Source: Promethearchaeota archaeon
GTDB lineage: Archaea > Asgardarchaeota > Hermodarchaeia > Hermodarchaeales > Hermodarchaeaceae
Length of the DNA: 64,000 nt
Assembly: GCA_048939625.1 (NCBI GenBank)
Contig: JBHLPH010000003.1
Location: forward strand, 72,353 to 136,352
Direction of reading: 5' to 3'
Shown: positions 35,343 to 46,061 of the stretch, one piece after another
Layout of the letters: each line of letters opens with the position of its first letter
How positions within the stretch are numbered: the stretch's first letter is position 1
The notes under the pieces: model-generated
Told to the model about the DNA's origin: nothing
Databases searched by the model: none
The model's input: only the letters and a program-made list of their open reading frames with translations
Made by a program: the position numbers and the translations under genes

Positions 35343-36113
35343 GTGCGGTTATTTGATACTCACTCCCATTTAGAGATGCCACGACTCTTTCCGAAAGCTG
35401 AAGCAATTGTGCGACGTGCGCAGGCAGCAGGAGTTATCGGTGTCGTAGTGAGTGCCATTGAGCCAAAATTCTATCCTAAGGCATTAAATTTGAAAGAACG
35501 GTTTCCAAACTATGTTTGGCCCACTTTTGGGCTTCATCCTCCACGGGCAACGCCTCACATGGTTAAGCAGGCAAAAGATGCTATCATTGCTCATCAAGAG
35601 GAGATTGTAGCAATTGGTGAAGTGGGATTGGATTATTACTGGGTTAAGGACCCAAAAGAACGCAAATATCAGAAGAGCGCATTTATCGAGTTTATTCATC
35701 TTGCTGATGAGTTGAATTTGCCCCTAGTTGTGCATTCTCGAGATGCTGAAGCAGATGCGATAAGTATTCTACGTGATGAGAAGATGTTTGATGTGCAGCT
35801 CCATTGTTTTAATAATCCTGATTTTGTGATGCAGGCAGCTGAAGATCGCTTCTTTATGAGTGTTCCAACAAGTGTTGTTTCTCGTAAACGGATGCAGCGT
35901 ATTGCAAAGGTGATGCCTTTGGAAAATATGTTATTGGAAACTGATGCGCCATATCTATCTCCTGTTCCCGGGCAAACCAATGAGCCATCAAATATTCCAG
36001 AGGCTGCCAAAAAAATTGCAGAATTGAAAGGAACAACTCCTGAAGTTATTGCAGCTTCTACAACAACGAATGCCCTGAGTTTTCTTCATCTCCAGCACGT
36101 CTACAAGCAATAG
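35343..36113 (+). CDS. tatD: TatD-family nuclease/hydrolase
   Basis: DTHSH, GLHP, IGEVGLDY, VHSRDA, LHCF, LETDAPY. Confidence 0.92.
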   Translation: MRLFDTHSHLEMPRLFPKAEAIVRRAQAAGVIGVVVSAIEPKFYPKALNLKERFPNYVWPTFGLHPPRATPHMVKQAKDAIIAHQEEIVAIGEVGLDYYWVKDPKERKYQKSAFIEFIHLADELNLPLVVHSRDAEADAISILRDEKMFDVQLHCFNNPDFVMQAAEDRFFMSVPTSVVSRKRMQRIAKVMPLENMLLETDAPYLSPVPGQTNEPSNIPEAAKKIAELKGTTPEVIAASTTTNALSFLHLQHVYKQ

Positions 36114-36136
36114 ACAGAAAACAAGGGGTAAATTGG

Positions 36137-37963
36137 TTAGCGAACAGTCAAAGTTTTGCTTATATTTCGAGGATAGTCGGGGTCAATATCTTTGTACGTG
36201 GCTAAGTGATATGCCATAAGTTGAAGTGGTATGGCCTGAAGAATGGGGCTTAGGTATTGATTTGATTTGGGAACAATAAGGAAGTCTTCTTCCTTCACAT
36301 AGCGACGAAGGAGGGGGTGATCTTCACCGGTCGCAATTATCCGAGCGCCTCGACATTCAACTTCCGCAAGATGATTAACAATATGCTCTGCGTCGTTGGG
36401 TGCAATTGTAAAAACGATTGGATAGCCTTCATCGACGATGCTCAGAGGTCCGTGTTTGAATTCACTAGAATACATGCCATCTGCAACGATATAACATACT
36501 TCTTTAATTTTCAACGCACCTTCAAGGGCAACCCCATGGGTTAAGCCATGTCCAAGAACGTAAAAATGCGAATATTCTGATAAATAGGGAGCGAGAGTCC
36601 TTGCTTTTAAGGTCGTTGTTGATATCGTTTCATCAATCAGAGCTGGAAGCTTAGTTTTGAGATTGTTTATCAGGGATTTAGCCGATTTTGCGCTAAGGGT
36701 GGCTTTCTTTTCACCGGCTTTAATGGCAAGGAAACTAAAGAGAGTCACTTGGCTGGTGTAGGTTTTGGTTGCAGGTACGCTGATTTCAAAACCTGATCCT
36801 ATAGGTAAGTAAAGGTCGCTGAGATGAGTTAGCGTTGAGCCTAAAACGTTTACAACACTTAGGATTTTGGCCTTACGTTTTCTAACGTGATGAACGACGT
36901 CAATGACATCTTTTGTTTCACCACTTTGGCTAATGCATACAACTACATCGTTTTCATTAATGGATTCGCCATATAGTGAGATGAACTGGCCACCGATAAC
37001 TGGAATAGCCGCAATATTTGCCAAATCATTAAAAAAATAGCTCCCTACAACGGAAGCATGAAAACTGGATCCACATGCAACAAAAAACACTCGTTCAGCT
37101 TCAATAAGTGTGGCTATAAATTGGCTGATATAGGGTTCACGAATTGCACTGAAAAGCGTCCGTGTCGCACTGACTTGTTCATGAATTTCTTTAAGCATGA
37201 AGTGAGGATATCCACCTTTTTGGGCTACCCGGATGTCAGCATCAGAAATGTAGGGTTTTCTTTCTATTAGTTCTCCATCAGAAATTCGCCGGAGTTCAAG
37301 CGTTTCAGGGGTAAGTATAACCATTTCTCCATCATGTATGTTGACAATTTTCCGAGTGACAGGTAAAATACTGGGTAAATCACTACTCACACAAGTTTCC
37401 CCTTCACCGATTCCGGCAAATAAACTGGACCCCATCTTTACAGCGTAGACTTTGTCATCATCTCGATGCATGACCGCAAATGCATAATCGCCTTTAAGAT
37501 CACTACAACCACCACGAATTGCTTCGAGCATATCCCCAGTTTGATCAAAGTATCTTTCGACTGCGTGAACACAAATTTCTCCGTCATTCATACTTCGGAC
37601 AATATGACCTTCTTTGGTGTATTGTTCACGAAGAGGTAGAAAATTGAGAATGTTACCATTGTGGGCAGCACAGAGATCTTCATCGCAGTCGAGGTGTGGT
37701 TGAGCGTTCAGTTTACTAGGAGCACCAAATGTTGCCCATCGAAGTTGAGCAATTCCTTTTGAGCCACGCATTTCGTGCAGGCGAAGCTTTTCAGCAACCT
37801 CATCGAACTTGCCTTTGTCTTTTCGGAGTTGGATGGAATTCTTATACACTGTAGCAATACCGACGGTGTCATACCCACGGTAGGTGAGCTTCTCAGCACA
37901 TTCGACAAGAATTTCGCCTATGTTATTCCGTTTGTTACTGGTAATTGCGAAAATGCCGCACAC
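36137..37963 (-). CDS. glmS: Glutamine--fructose-6-phosphate aminotransferase (variant glutaminase site)
   Basis: MCGI, YRGYD, RWAT, HNG, SQSGET, EGALKIKE, EFKHGP, PRNISKTLTV. Confidence 0.9.
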   Translation of the reverse strand: MCGIFAITSNKRNNIGEILVECAEKLTYRGYDTVGIATVYKNSIQLRKDKGKFDEVAEKLRLHEMRGSKGIAQLRWATFGAPSKLNAQPHLDCDEDLCAAHNGNILNFLPLREQYTKEGHIVRSMNDGEICVHAVERYFDQTGDMLEAIRGGCSDLKGDYAFAVMHRDDDKVYAVKMGSSLFAGIGEGETCVSSDLPSILPVTRKIVNIHDGEMVILTPETLELRRISDGELIERKPYISDADIRVAQKGGYPHFMLKEIHEQVSATRTLFSAIREPYISQFIATLIEAERVFFVACGSSFHASVVGSYFFNDLANIAAIPVIGGQFISLYGESINENDVVVCISQSGETKDVIDVVHHVRKRKAKILSVVNVLGSTLTHLSDLYLPIGSGFEISVPATKTYTSQVTLFSFLAIKAGEKKATLSAKSAKSLINNLKTKLPALIDETISTTTLKARTLAPYLSEYSHFYVLGHGLTHGVALEGALKIKEVCYIVADGMYSSEFKHGPLSIVDEGYPIVFTIAPNDAEHIVNHLAEVECRGARIIATGEDHPLLRRYVKEEDFLIVPKSNQYLSPILQAIPLQLMAYHLATYKDIDPDYPRNISKTLTVR

Positions 37964-38034
37964 ACAACTTCGCTCCTTATAGATGGCTTCACTGGGAAAA
38001 TTCGTTTAACTGTGTTTCGTTGTAACACACTTTG

Positions 38035-39297
38035 TTAATTCTGGAGGTCAAGAGCGTTCTGGAGTTGTTTTAAGTCGGCATCAATTACTGGTGGTTTAGG
38101 CATTCGCTGGATCACTACATCCTGATCTTTTAATCCGCCACCAGTAGCCTCTATTAAGATTGTTTCTGAGGGATCTTGCTCTCCAGAGTCTAGCTGGTCA
38201 ATGAGACCTGCAAGACCTGTGACGCCTGTGGGTTCTGCGAAAATTCCTTCATACTTGGCGAGTAATTGTTGAGCTTGAAGAATGGCATCATCTTCAACTG
38301 CAATTGCACAACCCTTGGATTTCCGAATGGCGTTGAGCGCCAAATCGCCATCCCAAGGTAAGGGATCACATAACCCTTCAGCTACGCTATGTGGTGAGGC
38401 ACACGGAATAATCTTGAAAGGATCCTGGTTAGTACGAAACGCCTGAACCAAAGGAGCACACCCTGCTGCTTGGACTGCGACCATTCGTGGACGTGTTTTA
38501 ACAAGTCCAAGGGTATGAAAATCGCTAAATCCGCGCCATTGACCTCCTAAAAGGCCCCCCGCCCCCACTTGGACATAGGTTACGTCTGGAACCTCCCATT
38601 CTAATTGTTCAAGGATTTCATATCCGAGTGTTTTAGGACCTTCAGCCTGATAGGGATTGAAAGGGCCAAAGCTAGGACAAGGCGTCCAGCCATAACTGGA
38701 GCACGCTTCACGGAGAAGTTTCACGGTTGGATCATCACCTTTATGTAATCCCCGTAAACGAACGACTTTCGCGCCGTATAACAGTAATTGTGCAATTTTT
38801 CCCATAGGAGCGATATCGGGTACAAAGCAATAACATGTAAATCCGGCTCGAGCACAATAAGCCGCTAATGCAGCAGCAGCATTGCCGCTACTGGCCGATG
38901 CAAGGGTGGTAGCTCCTTGTTCTTTCGCTTTGGACACACCAACCGTCATTGGTCGATCTTTGAAAGACCATGTGGGATTACGCGTTTCGTCCTTTATGTA
39001 TAGTTCACGGAGTCCTAGTTTCTTCGCGAGTCGTTTGCTACGAAGAAGTGGAGTTCCACCTTCACCAAGGCTTATGATATTTGCACGATTTTCGATTGGG
39101 AGTAATTCAAAGTAGCTCCAAACACCTAATGGTCGATTTGCCAGACTTTTCTTTGTAATAACTTCCCTAAGACGAATGTAATCATAATGAATATCAATGC
39201 GTGCTTCACAGCCATGGGTCTTACAAAAGAATGGATTTTCGGAGAGGTTATACTTAGCGCCACATTTCGGACATCGTAGGTGAGTGACATAGGACAA
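38035..39297 (-). CDS. thrC: Threonine synthase-like PLP enzyme
   Basis: N-terminal Zn knuckle, LGEGGTPL, NPTWSFKDR, ASSGNA, EGIFAEP, TGGGLK. Confidence 0.85.
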   Translation of the reverse strand: MSYVTHLRCPKCGAKYNLSENPFFCKTHGCEARIDIHYDYIRLREVITKKSLANRPLGVWSYFELLPIENRANIISLGEGGTPLLRSKRLAKKLGLRELYIKDETRNPTWSFKDRPMTVGVSKAKEQGATTLASASSGNAAAALAAYCARAGFTCYCFVPDIAPMGKIAQLLLYGAKVVRLRGLHKGDDPTVKLLREACSSYGWTPCPSFGPFNPYQAEGPKTLGYEILEQLEWEVPDVTYVQVGAGGLLGGQWRGFSDFHTLGLVKTRPRMVAVQAAGCAPLVQAFRTNQDPFKIIPCASPHSVAEGLCDPLPWDGDLALNAIRKSKGCAIAVEDDAILQAQQLLAKYEGIFAEPTGVTGLAGLIDQLDSGEQDPSETILIEATGGGLKDQDVVIQRMPKPPVIDADLKQLQNALDLQN

Positions 39298-39299
39298 GG

Positions 39300-39959
39300 T
39301 TAGTCCTCCTCCTGAAGGATTTCTCGGTGTAAAGTAATAAGCCCATCTCGAATAATTGCATATCGCTGTGAAGATGCCTGAAGATATTCATAAAGAGTAG
39401 AATAGTCTGATCGGATCCTGAGAGTGGTTTTTGTTTCCAGTTCATCTATGGGAACCAAGGACCGACGATTTATGGACCGGCGTAATGCAATCGCAACGCG
39501 ATACCCGTCTTCGCGACTCCGTGCTTTCTGCGCCTTTTCCGAAAGCAGATTTCGAATGTCTTGAAGCCGTGCACTCATCTGGGTTGGATCATCAACGATT
39601 ACAAGACAGGCTGCTTGCAAAAAGAGTGTCCCAATCATTTCCTTTTCCCACCAAGTTAATCGTGCTTTTTGGTTCATCAGACTTAATGCCACTTCTAAAC
39701 ATCGATAGCTAGTTACGAGATTGTGGTCTAAGTAGAATAGGTCACTGGCTTCTAACAAGATTCCAGCGGCTCGGGTCAGTTGGTGTTTGCGCCAATAGTA
39801 TTCCGCACTGACAAGAACAATGAGCAGGGCGTCTTTGTAACGTTTGGTTCTCCGAAGTTTTTTCGCTTCTTGAAGATACTGACCCAGCTTTGTTTTTGCA
39901 ACTTCAGATTCTGGTGAGGTCATGAGACCGGTTAAGCGTAATTCAGCCTCTGTTTCCAT
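39300..39959 (-). CDS. Helical-repeat (TPR/SNAP-like) hypothetical protein
   Basis: Amphipathic helical pairs (A..YY...AA..LLEAS.LF); 2 nt upstream of thrC. Confidence 0.6.
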   Translation of the reverse strand: METEAELRLTGLMTSPESEVAKTKLGQYLQEAKKLRRTKRYKDALLIVLVSAEYYWRKHQLTRAAGILLEASDLFYLDHNLVTSYRCLEVALSLMNQKARLTWWEKEMIGTLFLQAACLVIVDDPTQMSARLQDIRNLLSEKAQKARSREDGYRVAIALRRSINRRSLVPIDELETKTTLRIRSDYSTLYEYLQASSQRYAIIRDGLITLHREILQEED

Positions 39960-40177
39960 TGACCGGTCCTGATTTTGTATCTCTTTATAGAGACCACGCC
40001 AGATGTTTTGCAGATTAACACCTCGTACGAGAATGGTAAAACCCTGAGCATCAGTCCTTAGTTAATAGGATAGAAAAAGATTCGGTGACCTCAGAAACTG
40101 CAACAATTCTGTTGTTCCTTTGTCTGATTTAGCAAAGTTTATGTTGGCTTATTCTTTGGTTCAGTTGGTGGCAACAC

Positions 40178-43100
40178 GTGGTTTCCAAGCGGTCAGTAGT
40201 AGCAGCTATTTCCGCAGTTATTATCATAATGCTAATTCTAAGTTTTTTGATGCCACTTATTTTTCTGCCTCCAATTCCCCGTCAACGACCTTACGATGAT
40301 GTCGAAGATTGGGGAACAGGTGTCACTGTTGAAGGGGGAGACGATACCTTCCTTGACAATATTACAATTGATGACGTCACCTTAGATTTGAATTGGTCAT
40401 TTGACCCTTCATTTGTCGTAGCCATAATCTCTCCTGCAGAGCCCCCAAGGTATTGGCGAAACACCGCCTATGACCGGTATATTGGAACCGATTGGCAAAA
40501 GAGTTCTAATACAACTACTCCTCTTGCTGGTGTAAATCCTGGAAGTGAAATCGTTTATACAGTGACACAAAATATCACCAACCAAGGCTTCAGTGGAACT
40601 TTTCCTCTTCTAACATTATGGCCAGACCCCATGATTATTAATAACTCCCTTCAGTTCCCGTATCTATCAAATCCAACCTCATATAACTTTGAAATTGATG
40701 ATTTCGGCACTGCTTTCTTCAATGGTTTCTTTAGTCAAAATGGGACAGCAACCCTTCAGTATGATGTTACGTACATTCCCCGTAATTGGACTCTAATCCG
40801 TCCCCAGTCTCTATCTGCAAGTTCAACCCCTGGACCAATTCTTGCTCAATATCAACAGCAGGGACTCAACTTCATGAATCCAGCTACACGAGCTTCATTG
40901 CAAACCCAACTCGCAACCATTCTAGCGGGTGTGCCAAATACCGCCTTTGAGCAAGCTTTCGCCATCCAGAATTATTTCAAAACTAACTTCGTATTTGACC
41001 CCTTCACCCCACGACCAGGTCCAAACGATGAACATGTCGAATGGTTTCTACAAGAAGGAGGAGGAATTGGTCTTGATTTTGCCACCTCCTATACGATGTT
41101 TCTCCGCGAAGCAGGGATTGCTGCTCGACCAGTCTTTGGAGCAATCCTTGGCGAGGATCAGGGAACTCAAAGAGTTCTTCACCTAATGCATATACACTTC
41201 TGGGTTGAGGTGTATATTCCCACAGCGACACAGGATTATTGGATTCAATTTGATCCAACTCCCTTGCCTAGCTTCATTACCGATGGTAGTCCTCCTCCTA
41301 CTCCCTCTGACAAGTCACCAAGTCCTGTTTTACCCGATGAAGACCCGTGGGTGGTCAGTACATACTATAACCTCACCCTTGACGCTTCTCCAATCGTTGT
41401 TAACAGGCTTGAGCAATTCACAATCACTGCAACCCTAACTCAAGATGGAGCCCCACAATCAGGAGAAACGATTTCCTTCTATGATGAAACGGAACAGTGG
41501 TTTTTGGGCAGTAATATTACTTCGGCTTTGGGTGAAGCTAGTATTACCTTTAACTATAACAACTCAGCCATTGTTGGCGCCCACCTATTACGAGCTGAGT
41601 TTAGTGCATTAAATGCATTCAATGCAGTCGGACTCCATGGTCCAGCGAATCTGTCCATCTCGATGACCCCCGTAGAGGCGAATCGAAGTAGCGTAGTGCA
41701 AATTAGTGGTTATTTGCGGGATGTCATCAATGGGCGGGGAATTTCTGAAAATGAAACAGGATTTACAGGAGTCAGTATCGCCTTCAACTCAATTTTGGCT
41801 ACAGAACCCCTTACAGACAGTGTGGGATATTACACGGTGAACTATCCTATTCCCTTATCTCAAGCTCCTCTCGGTTCGACATCTGTCCAAGCGACTTTTA
41901 CGCTTCCAGGTATCATCGATCCGATTGTTAGTTCCATTGAGATATTGAACGTAACTGCAACTTCTCAGCTTTCTGTTCAAGCGGTTCCGAACTCAATACG
42001 ATTGCACAGCAATACGACCCTTCAGGGATATTTGCAGTATGATAATGGCACGGGTATTGCTAGTCAAACGATCCAGTTGTATTGGAATGGTACACCAATT
42101 GGGGTGGCAAGTACTGACAGTGTTGGTTACTATTTCATGGAGTATAATGCAACAACGATTGGACAAGTTACCATTGAGGCTGAATTTTCAGGTGCACAGT
42201 ATGTATATGGCACAAGAGCTTCAAATAATGCCTTAGTTCACGAAGAAGGCACAATAGTTGTATTTGTAGACGATGATGATGGTGATGATTTAACGCAACG
42301 AGGGAACACCATATACTTCTCAGGTTGGGTAGAAGACCAAAATGGGACCCGGCAAGGAGGAGTAACGGTCCTTATCCTTCTAAATGGAACCCAAGTTGCA
42401 TCCACGATGACATTTCCTAATGGATCGTTTTTTGTTAGCTATCAGATTACGGCCACGCAACCAATTGGTATTCGAGAAGCCACAGGCAATATTGTACATC
42501 CAACTCTAGTGGTGATTTCGAGTTACGATTATTTCACGATTAATTCATCAACCCAAATACAGAATCTTATGATTGATTTTTCTCCAGTTCTACTAGGAGA
42601 AACTGTAACATTAACAGGTCAACTAATTGACGATCAAGGAGTAGGAATTTCAGGACAGCCCCTCGACATTGACATTTCATATCTAGCTATCTCGGTTTCC
42701 GTCGGAACCATTTTGACTCAAACAGGTGGTTCTTTTTCGTTGACTTTGGCAATTCCTACAAGTGTACCTACAAGTGTTTCGACTCTCTCCTTTGATGTCT
42801 CATATGCAGGAGCCCTCTATTATGGAACTAGTTCCGATTCTGAACTCCTTGATGTGTTTTCAAATGCGACTTTAGTGATTGATGTACCACCTGGACCCTT
42901 TGCGTGGAATACAAGCATTGTGGTTAATGGAACCCTTGTTGATAACTTTGGACGGGCAGTCCCTAACCGAGATGTTTGGCTTCTCGTTAATGGAACAAGT
43001 AGCATTTCCACTGCATCAAACCAAATGGGTCATGTGGGTTTTGTGCTGAGATTCGCGCCTTTAGGAATCAACGATATTTCCTATACACTTCAGCTTCGAC

Positions 43101-43681
43101 ACGAAACGATAATTACCTTTAACTCATCTGTAAGAAACATAATTGTGGAGGCCCAACAACCCATGCAACCACCACCAGTACTACCTATCCCCATTGAATG
43201 GATCATTGCACTAGTTGTAGTCATAGCCTTTGTAGTAGTAGCCATCCTTGGTTATCGCTACTGGAAACGCCGTCCGCGAAGATCAGCTGCACCCTCGATT
43301 GATGCAGCTGCGATGCTGACTTCACTCCGCCAACTGTTAACCGATAAGAAATACCGTGAAGCAATAATCTATGCATTCCGTATGTTTGAGACAATCATCC
43401 AGGCCCAGCTCGGCATATACCGGGACCCCAGCATTACTGTGCGCGAGTTTGCCAACCTGACTATTGCCCACGGTCGCTTAGATTCACGAACCATGGGAGT
43501 TTTTATTCGAGGTGTCGAGGAAGCCCGATATAGCGATCATCCCATTAGTTACAATCTTGCTCTCCAAACATTAAGCGCCTTTGCCAGTTTGTACAACTCC
43601 TTAACCGGAGGCAATTTGCGGTTTGTCACGCAAGAACAACAGCAACCTGAATCAGATGCCCAACCAACCGAAAGCGGCTGA
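40178..43681 (+). CDS. Large surface protein: transglutaminase-like domain (Cys to Gly), Ig-like repeats, TM, DUF4129-like tail
   Basis: RYWR..AYDRY, GGIGLDFATS (GxC expected), HFWVEVY, WIQFDPT; repeated G.L.D..G..I beta modules; EEARYS. Confidence 0.85.
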   Translation: MVSKRSVVAAISAVIIIMLILSFLMPLIFLPPIPRQRPYDDVEDWGTGVTVEGGDDTFLDNITIDDVTLDLNWSFDPSFVVAIISPAEPPRYWRNTAYDRYIGTDWQKSSNTTTPLAGVNPGSEIVYTVTQNITNQGFSGTFPLLTLWPDPMIINNSLQFPYLSNPTSYNFEIDDFGTAFFNGFFSQNGTATLQYDVTYIPRNWTLIRPQSLSASSTPGPILAQYQQQGLNFMNPATRASLQTQLATILAGVPNTAFEQAFAIQNYFKTNFVFDPFTPRPGPNDEHVEWFLQEGGGIGLDFATSYTMFLREAGIAARPVFGAILGEDQGTQRVLHLMHIHFWVEVYIPTATQDYWIQFDPTPLPSFITDGSPPPTPSDKSPSPVLPDEDPWVVSTYYNLTLDASPIVVNRLEQFTITATLTQDGAPQSGETISFYDETEQWFLGSNITSALGEASITFNYNNSAIVGAHLLRAEFSALNAFNAVGLHGPANLSISMTPVEANRSSVVQISGYLRDVINGRGISENETGFTGVSIAFNSILATEPLTDSVGYYTVNYPIPLSQAPLGSTSVQATFTLPGIIDPIVSSIEILNVTATSQLSVQAVPNSIRLHSNTTLQGYLQYDNGTGIASQTIQLYWNGTPIGVASTDSVGYYFMEYNATTIGQVTIEAEFSGAQYVYGTRASNNALVHEEGTIVVFVDDDDGDDLTQRGNTIYFSGWVEDQNGTRQGGVTVLILLNGTQVASTMTFPNGSFFVSYQITATQPIGIREATGNIVHPTLVVISSYDYFTINSSTQIQNLMIDFSPVLLGETVTLTGQLIDDQGVGISGQPLDIDISYLAISVSVGTILTQTGGSFSLTLAIPTSVPTSVSTLSFDVSYAGALYYGTSSDSELLDVFSNATLVIDVPPGPFAWNTSIVVNGTLVDNFGRAVPNRDVWLLVNGTSSISTASNQMGHVGFVLRFAPLGINDISYTLQLRHETIITFNSSVRNIIVEAQQPMQPPPVLPIPIEWIIALVVVIAFVVVAILGYRYWKRRPRRSAAPSIDAAAMLTSLRQLLTDKKYREAIIYAFRMFETIIQAQLGIYRDPSITVREFANLTIAHGRLDSRTMGVFIRGVEEARYSDHPISYNLALQTLSAFASLYNSLTGGNLRFVTQEQQQPESDAQPTESG

Positions 43682-45077
43682 AGCGAAAAAACGAAGCAAG
43701 TTTTTCACTCTCTTTGTTTTCTGCTTCGTATTCGCCATAGCCTGGCTACCTATTATTCTCAGTATTAGCGGTGTGGGTGGAATCGATAATCTCGCCTTTT
43801 CCATTTACAATACTAGCCCAGTCCTAGGTGATGGATGCTCAGAGCTATCATTGGAATTAGAAAATAATGGTTTTGAAGTTAGTCCACTAATTAGTTCATT
43901 GAGTGTGGTAAACGGTATTCCAGGTAATCATGTTCTCTGTATCATAGGCCCCACCCATTACTTTTCAATCGTCGAAATATCAGCGCTTCTAGATTTCTTC
44001 TTAGATGGGGGTAGTTTGCTGTTAGTAGATGATTTTGGGTCCGCAAATACCTTGTTAGATGGACTTGCGCTTTATCTCTCAGAGTTTGGTTGGCCGACCC
44101 GGATGGAGAATCTAATGAGGGTCTCCGCGATTCGATTCACGCGAAATTTACTGCTTGATGCGGGTAGTAATGATGGAGGACGTCCACTATTACCTGCAAT
44201 TAATTCCTTCAATGATGGGGGACTTATCTTCTCGTCTGGACATCATGTTGTCATGAATTATGCTACAACAATTGAAGTACCAGGGGGGACTGGCCTAGCA
44301 ATGACTTCAACCAATTCTTGGAGCGTTGCAGGCGATGTCTTAAGCCACATCCAACAAGGAGGAGATCCCAATTACATTATCTATAATGCAAGTCGCGGAG
44401 ACCAAATTGGTCCTTTCCCCGTAATGGTGGAGATTCAGATACCAAATGGAACCCTTATGTTGCTCAGTGATCCAAGTATTTTCATTAACAATATGATTGA
44501 TCGGGGGACCAACCGACAATTCGCTGTGGAACTCTTTAGGTATCTGGCTAACAAGGGGAATACGAATTCAATCATTATTGATCATAATCATCTGGGTTGG
44601 TCACCCCAGTCACCTGTTCTGTATGTGGGTCTGATGCTGGGCCAAATCACTTATGTATCCACAAATTGGCTCCTTGCACCTTTGGCACCACTTCTTGCGA
44701 TTTGGATGGTGCGACGCTACTTGCCCTATGGTCGACCTGAGAAACAAAAGCCGATGGAGCTGTATCGGTTGAAAGGGCAAACCATGTTTACAAAATCGCT
44801 TTACGATTACATCAACAATCATCGCTATAATGATGCATTGGAGATAATATACGGTCAATTAAAGCGCGATTTACGCCGACGTTACGGGTTACGAATTTTC
44901 GATGTACCACGATTATTAGTAACCGTTTCACGAACCCGCCAACCAGGTGATATTGCGCTATTAACAAGCGACTTTGAAGCGATAGAAAAGGCAATTCAAG
45001 AATCAAAAAAGATGAACCGAGAAGCATTTCTGGACCTTTTCTTTAAAATTGAACGAATTCGAGATAATATCGGGTGA
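43656..45077 (+). CDS. DUF4350-like membrane protein
   Basis: FSIYN...G.SEL, GGSLLLVDDFGSAN, SDPSIFINNMI; N- and C-terminal TMs. Confidence 0.8.
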   Translation: MPNQPKAAEAKKRSKFFTLFVFCFVFAIAWLPIILSISGVGGIDNLAFSIYNTSPVLGDGCSELSLELENNGFEVSPLISSLSVVNGIPGNHVLCIIGPTHYFSIVEISALLDFFLDGGSLLLVDDFGSANTLLDGLALYLSEFGWPTRMENLMRVSAIRFTRNLLLDAGSNDGGRPLLPAINSFNDGGLIFSSGHHVVMNYATTIEVPGGTGLAMTSTNSWSVAGDVLSHIQQGGDPNYIIYNASRGDQIGPFPVMVEIQIPNGTLMLLSDPSIFINNMIDRGTNRQFAVELFRYLANKGNTNSIIIDHNHLGWSPQSPVLYVGLMLGQITYVSTNWLLAPLAPLLAIWMVRRYLPYGRPEKQKPMELYRLKGQTMFTKSLYDYINNHRYNDALEIIYGQLKRDLRRRYGLRIFDVPRLLVTVSRTRQPGDIALLTSDFEAIEKAIQESKKMNREAFLDLFFKIERIRDNIG

Positions 45078-46055
45078 ATGAAAATGAGCCGAAGACGTCA
45101 AAGCAGAGATGGCATGTCCATTGCTGAATTTAGAAAAAACGCTGCTACAATTCTTGATGAAGTTGGTAAAGTCATTGTAGGAAAACGTAACATCCTCCAA
45201 GACATACTGATAGGACTCCTCGCAAAGGGCCACATACTTCTCGAAGGGGTCCCAGGCATCGCCAAGACTTACATGGCGAACGCCTTCGCCCAAGCCATCG
45301 GATGCGATTTCAAACGCATTCAATTTACTCCAGACATGCTTCCCGCAGACATTGTAGGGACAAATATCTACGACCCAAACACCGGAGAATTCCGCTTACG
45401 CAAAGGTCCAGTATTTTCAAATCTAGTCCTAGCCGATGAAGTTAACCGATCACCACCCAAAACTCAATCAGCGTTACTCGAAGCAATGCAAGAAGTTCAG
45501 GTAACTATCGAAGGTTCGACCTTACCGCTTCCCCAGCCTTTCATGGTTCTTGCGACTCAGAACCCCATTGAACTGGAGGGCACATATCCTCTTCCTGAAG
45601 CACAGGTGGATCGATTCTTGTTTAAATTACATGTTGATTATCCATCGGATGCAGAGGAAGTAGAGATTCTCCGAAGGAAACACCAACCTGAAGAGGTGGA
45701 ATTGGAACCTGTCGTTGATCCTCCAATATTGATTCAGATGCAGGAAACGACCAAACGTGTATTCGTGGAACCCTATATTATGTCCTATATTCGAGACATT
45801 GTCGTTCGAACCCGAAATGATCCCCAGATTTTAATTGGGGGATCTCCACGAGCTTCGATTGTGTTATTGGACACTTCGAAAGTCCATGCAGCGCTGAGTG
45901 GCAGGGACTATGTTACACCTGATGATGTGAAAGCTTTAGCTCAGCATGCGCTAAATCATCGATTAATTCTCAAACCCGAATCAGAACTAGAAGGGACTTC
46001 GGTGCATGCTGTTATTGATCGAATTCTGAAGCAAATCAGTGCACCGGGAGCGTAA
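45078..46055 (+). CDS. moxR: MoxR-family AAA+ ATPase
   Basis: GHILLEGVPGIAKT, RIQFTPDMLPAD, LADEVNR, ATQNPIE, YPLPEAQVDRF. Confidence 0.95.
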   Translation: MKMSRRRQSRDGMSIAEFRKNAATILDEVGKVIVGKRNILQDILIGLLAKGHILLEGVPGIAKTYMANAFAQAIGCDFKRIQFTPDMLPADIVGTNIYDPNTGEFRLRKGPVFSNLVLADEVNRSPPKTQSALLEAMQEVQVTIEGSTLPLPQPFMVLATQNPIELEGTYPLPEAQVDRFLFKLHVDYPSDAEEVEILRRKHQPEEVELEPVVDPPILIQMQETTKRVFVEPYIMSYIRDIVVRTRNDPQILIGGSPRASIVLLDTSKVHAALSGRDYVTPDDVKALAQHALNHRLILKPESELEGTSVHAVIDRILKQISAPGA

Positions 46056-46061
46056 ATTTTT

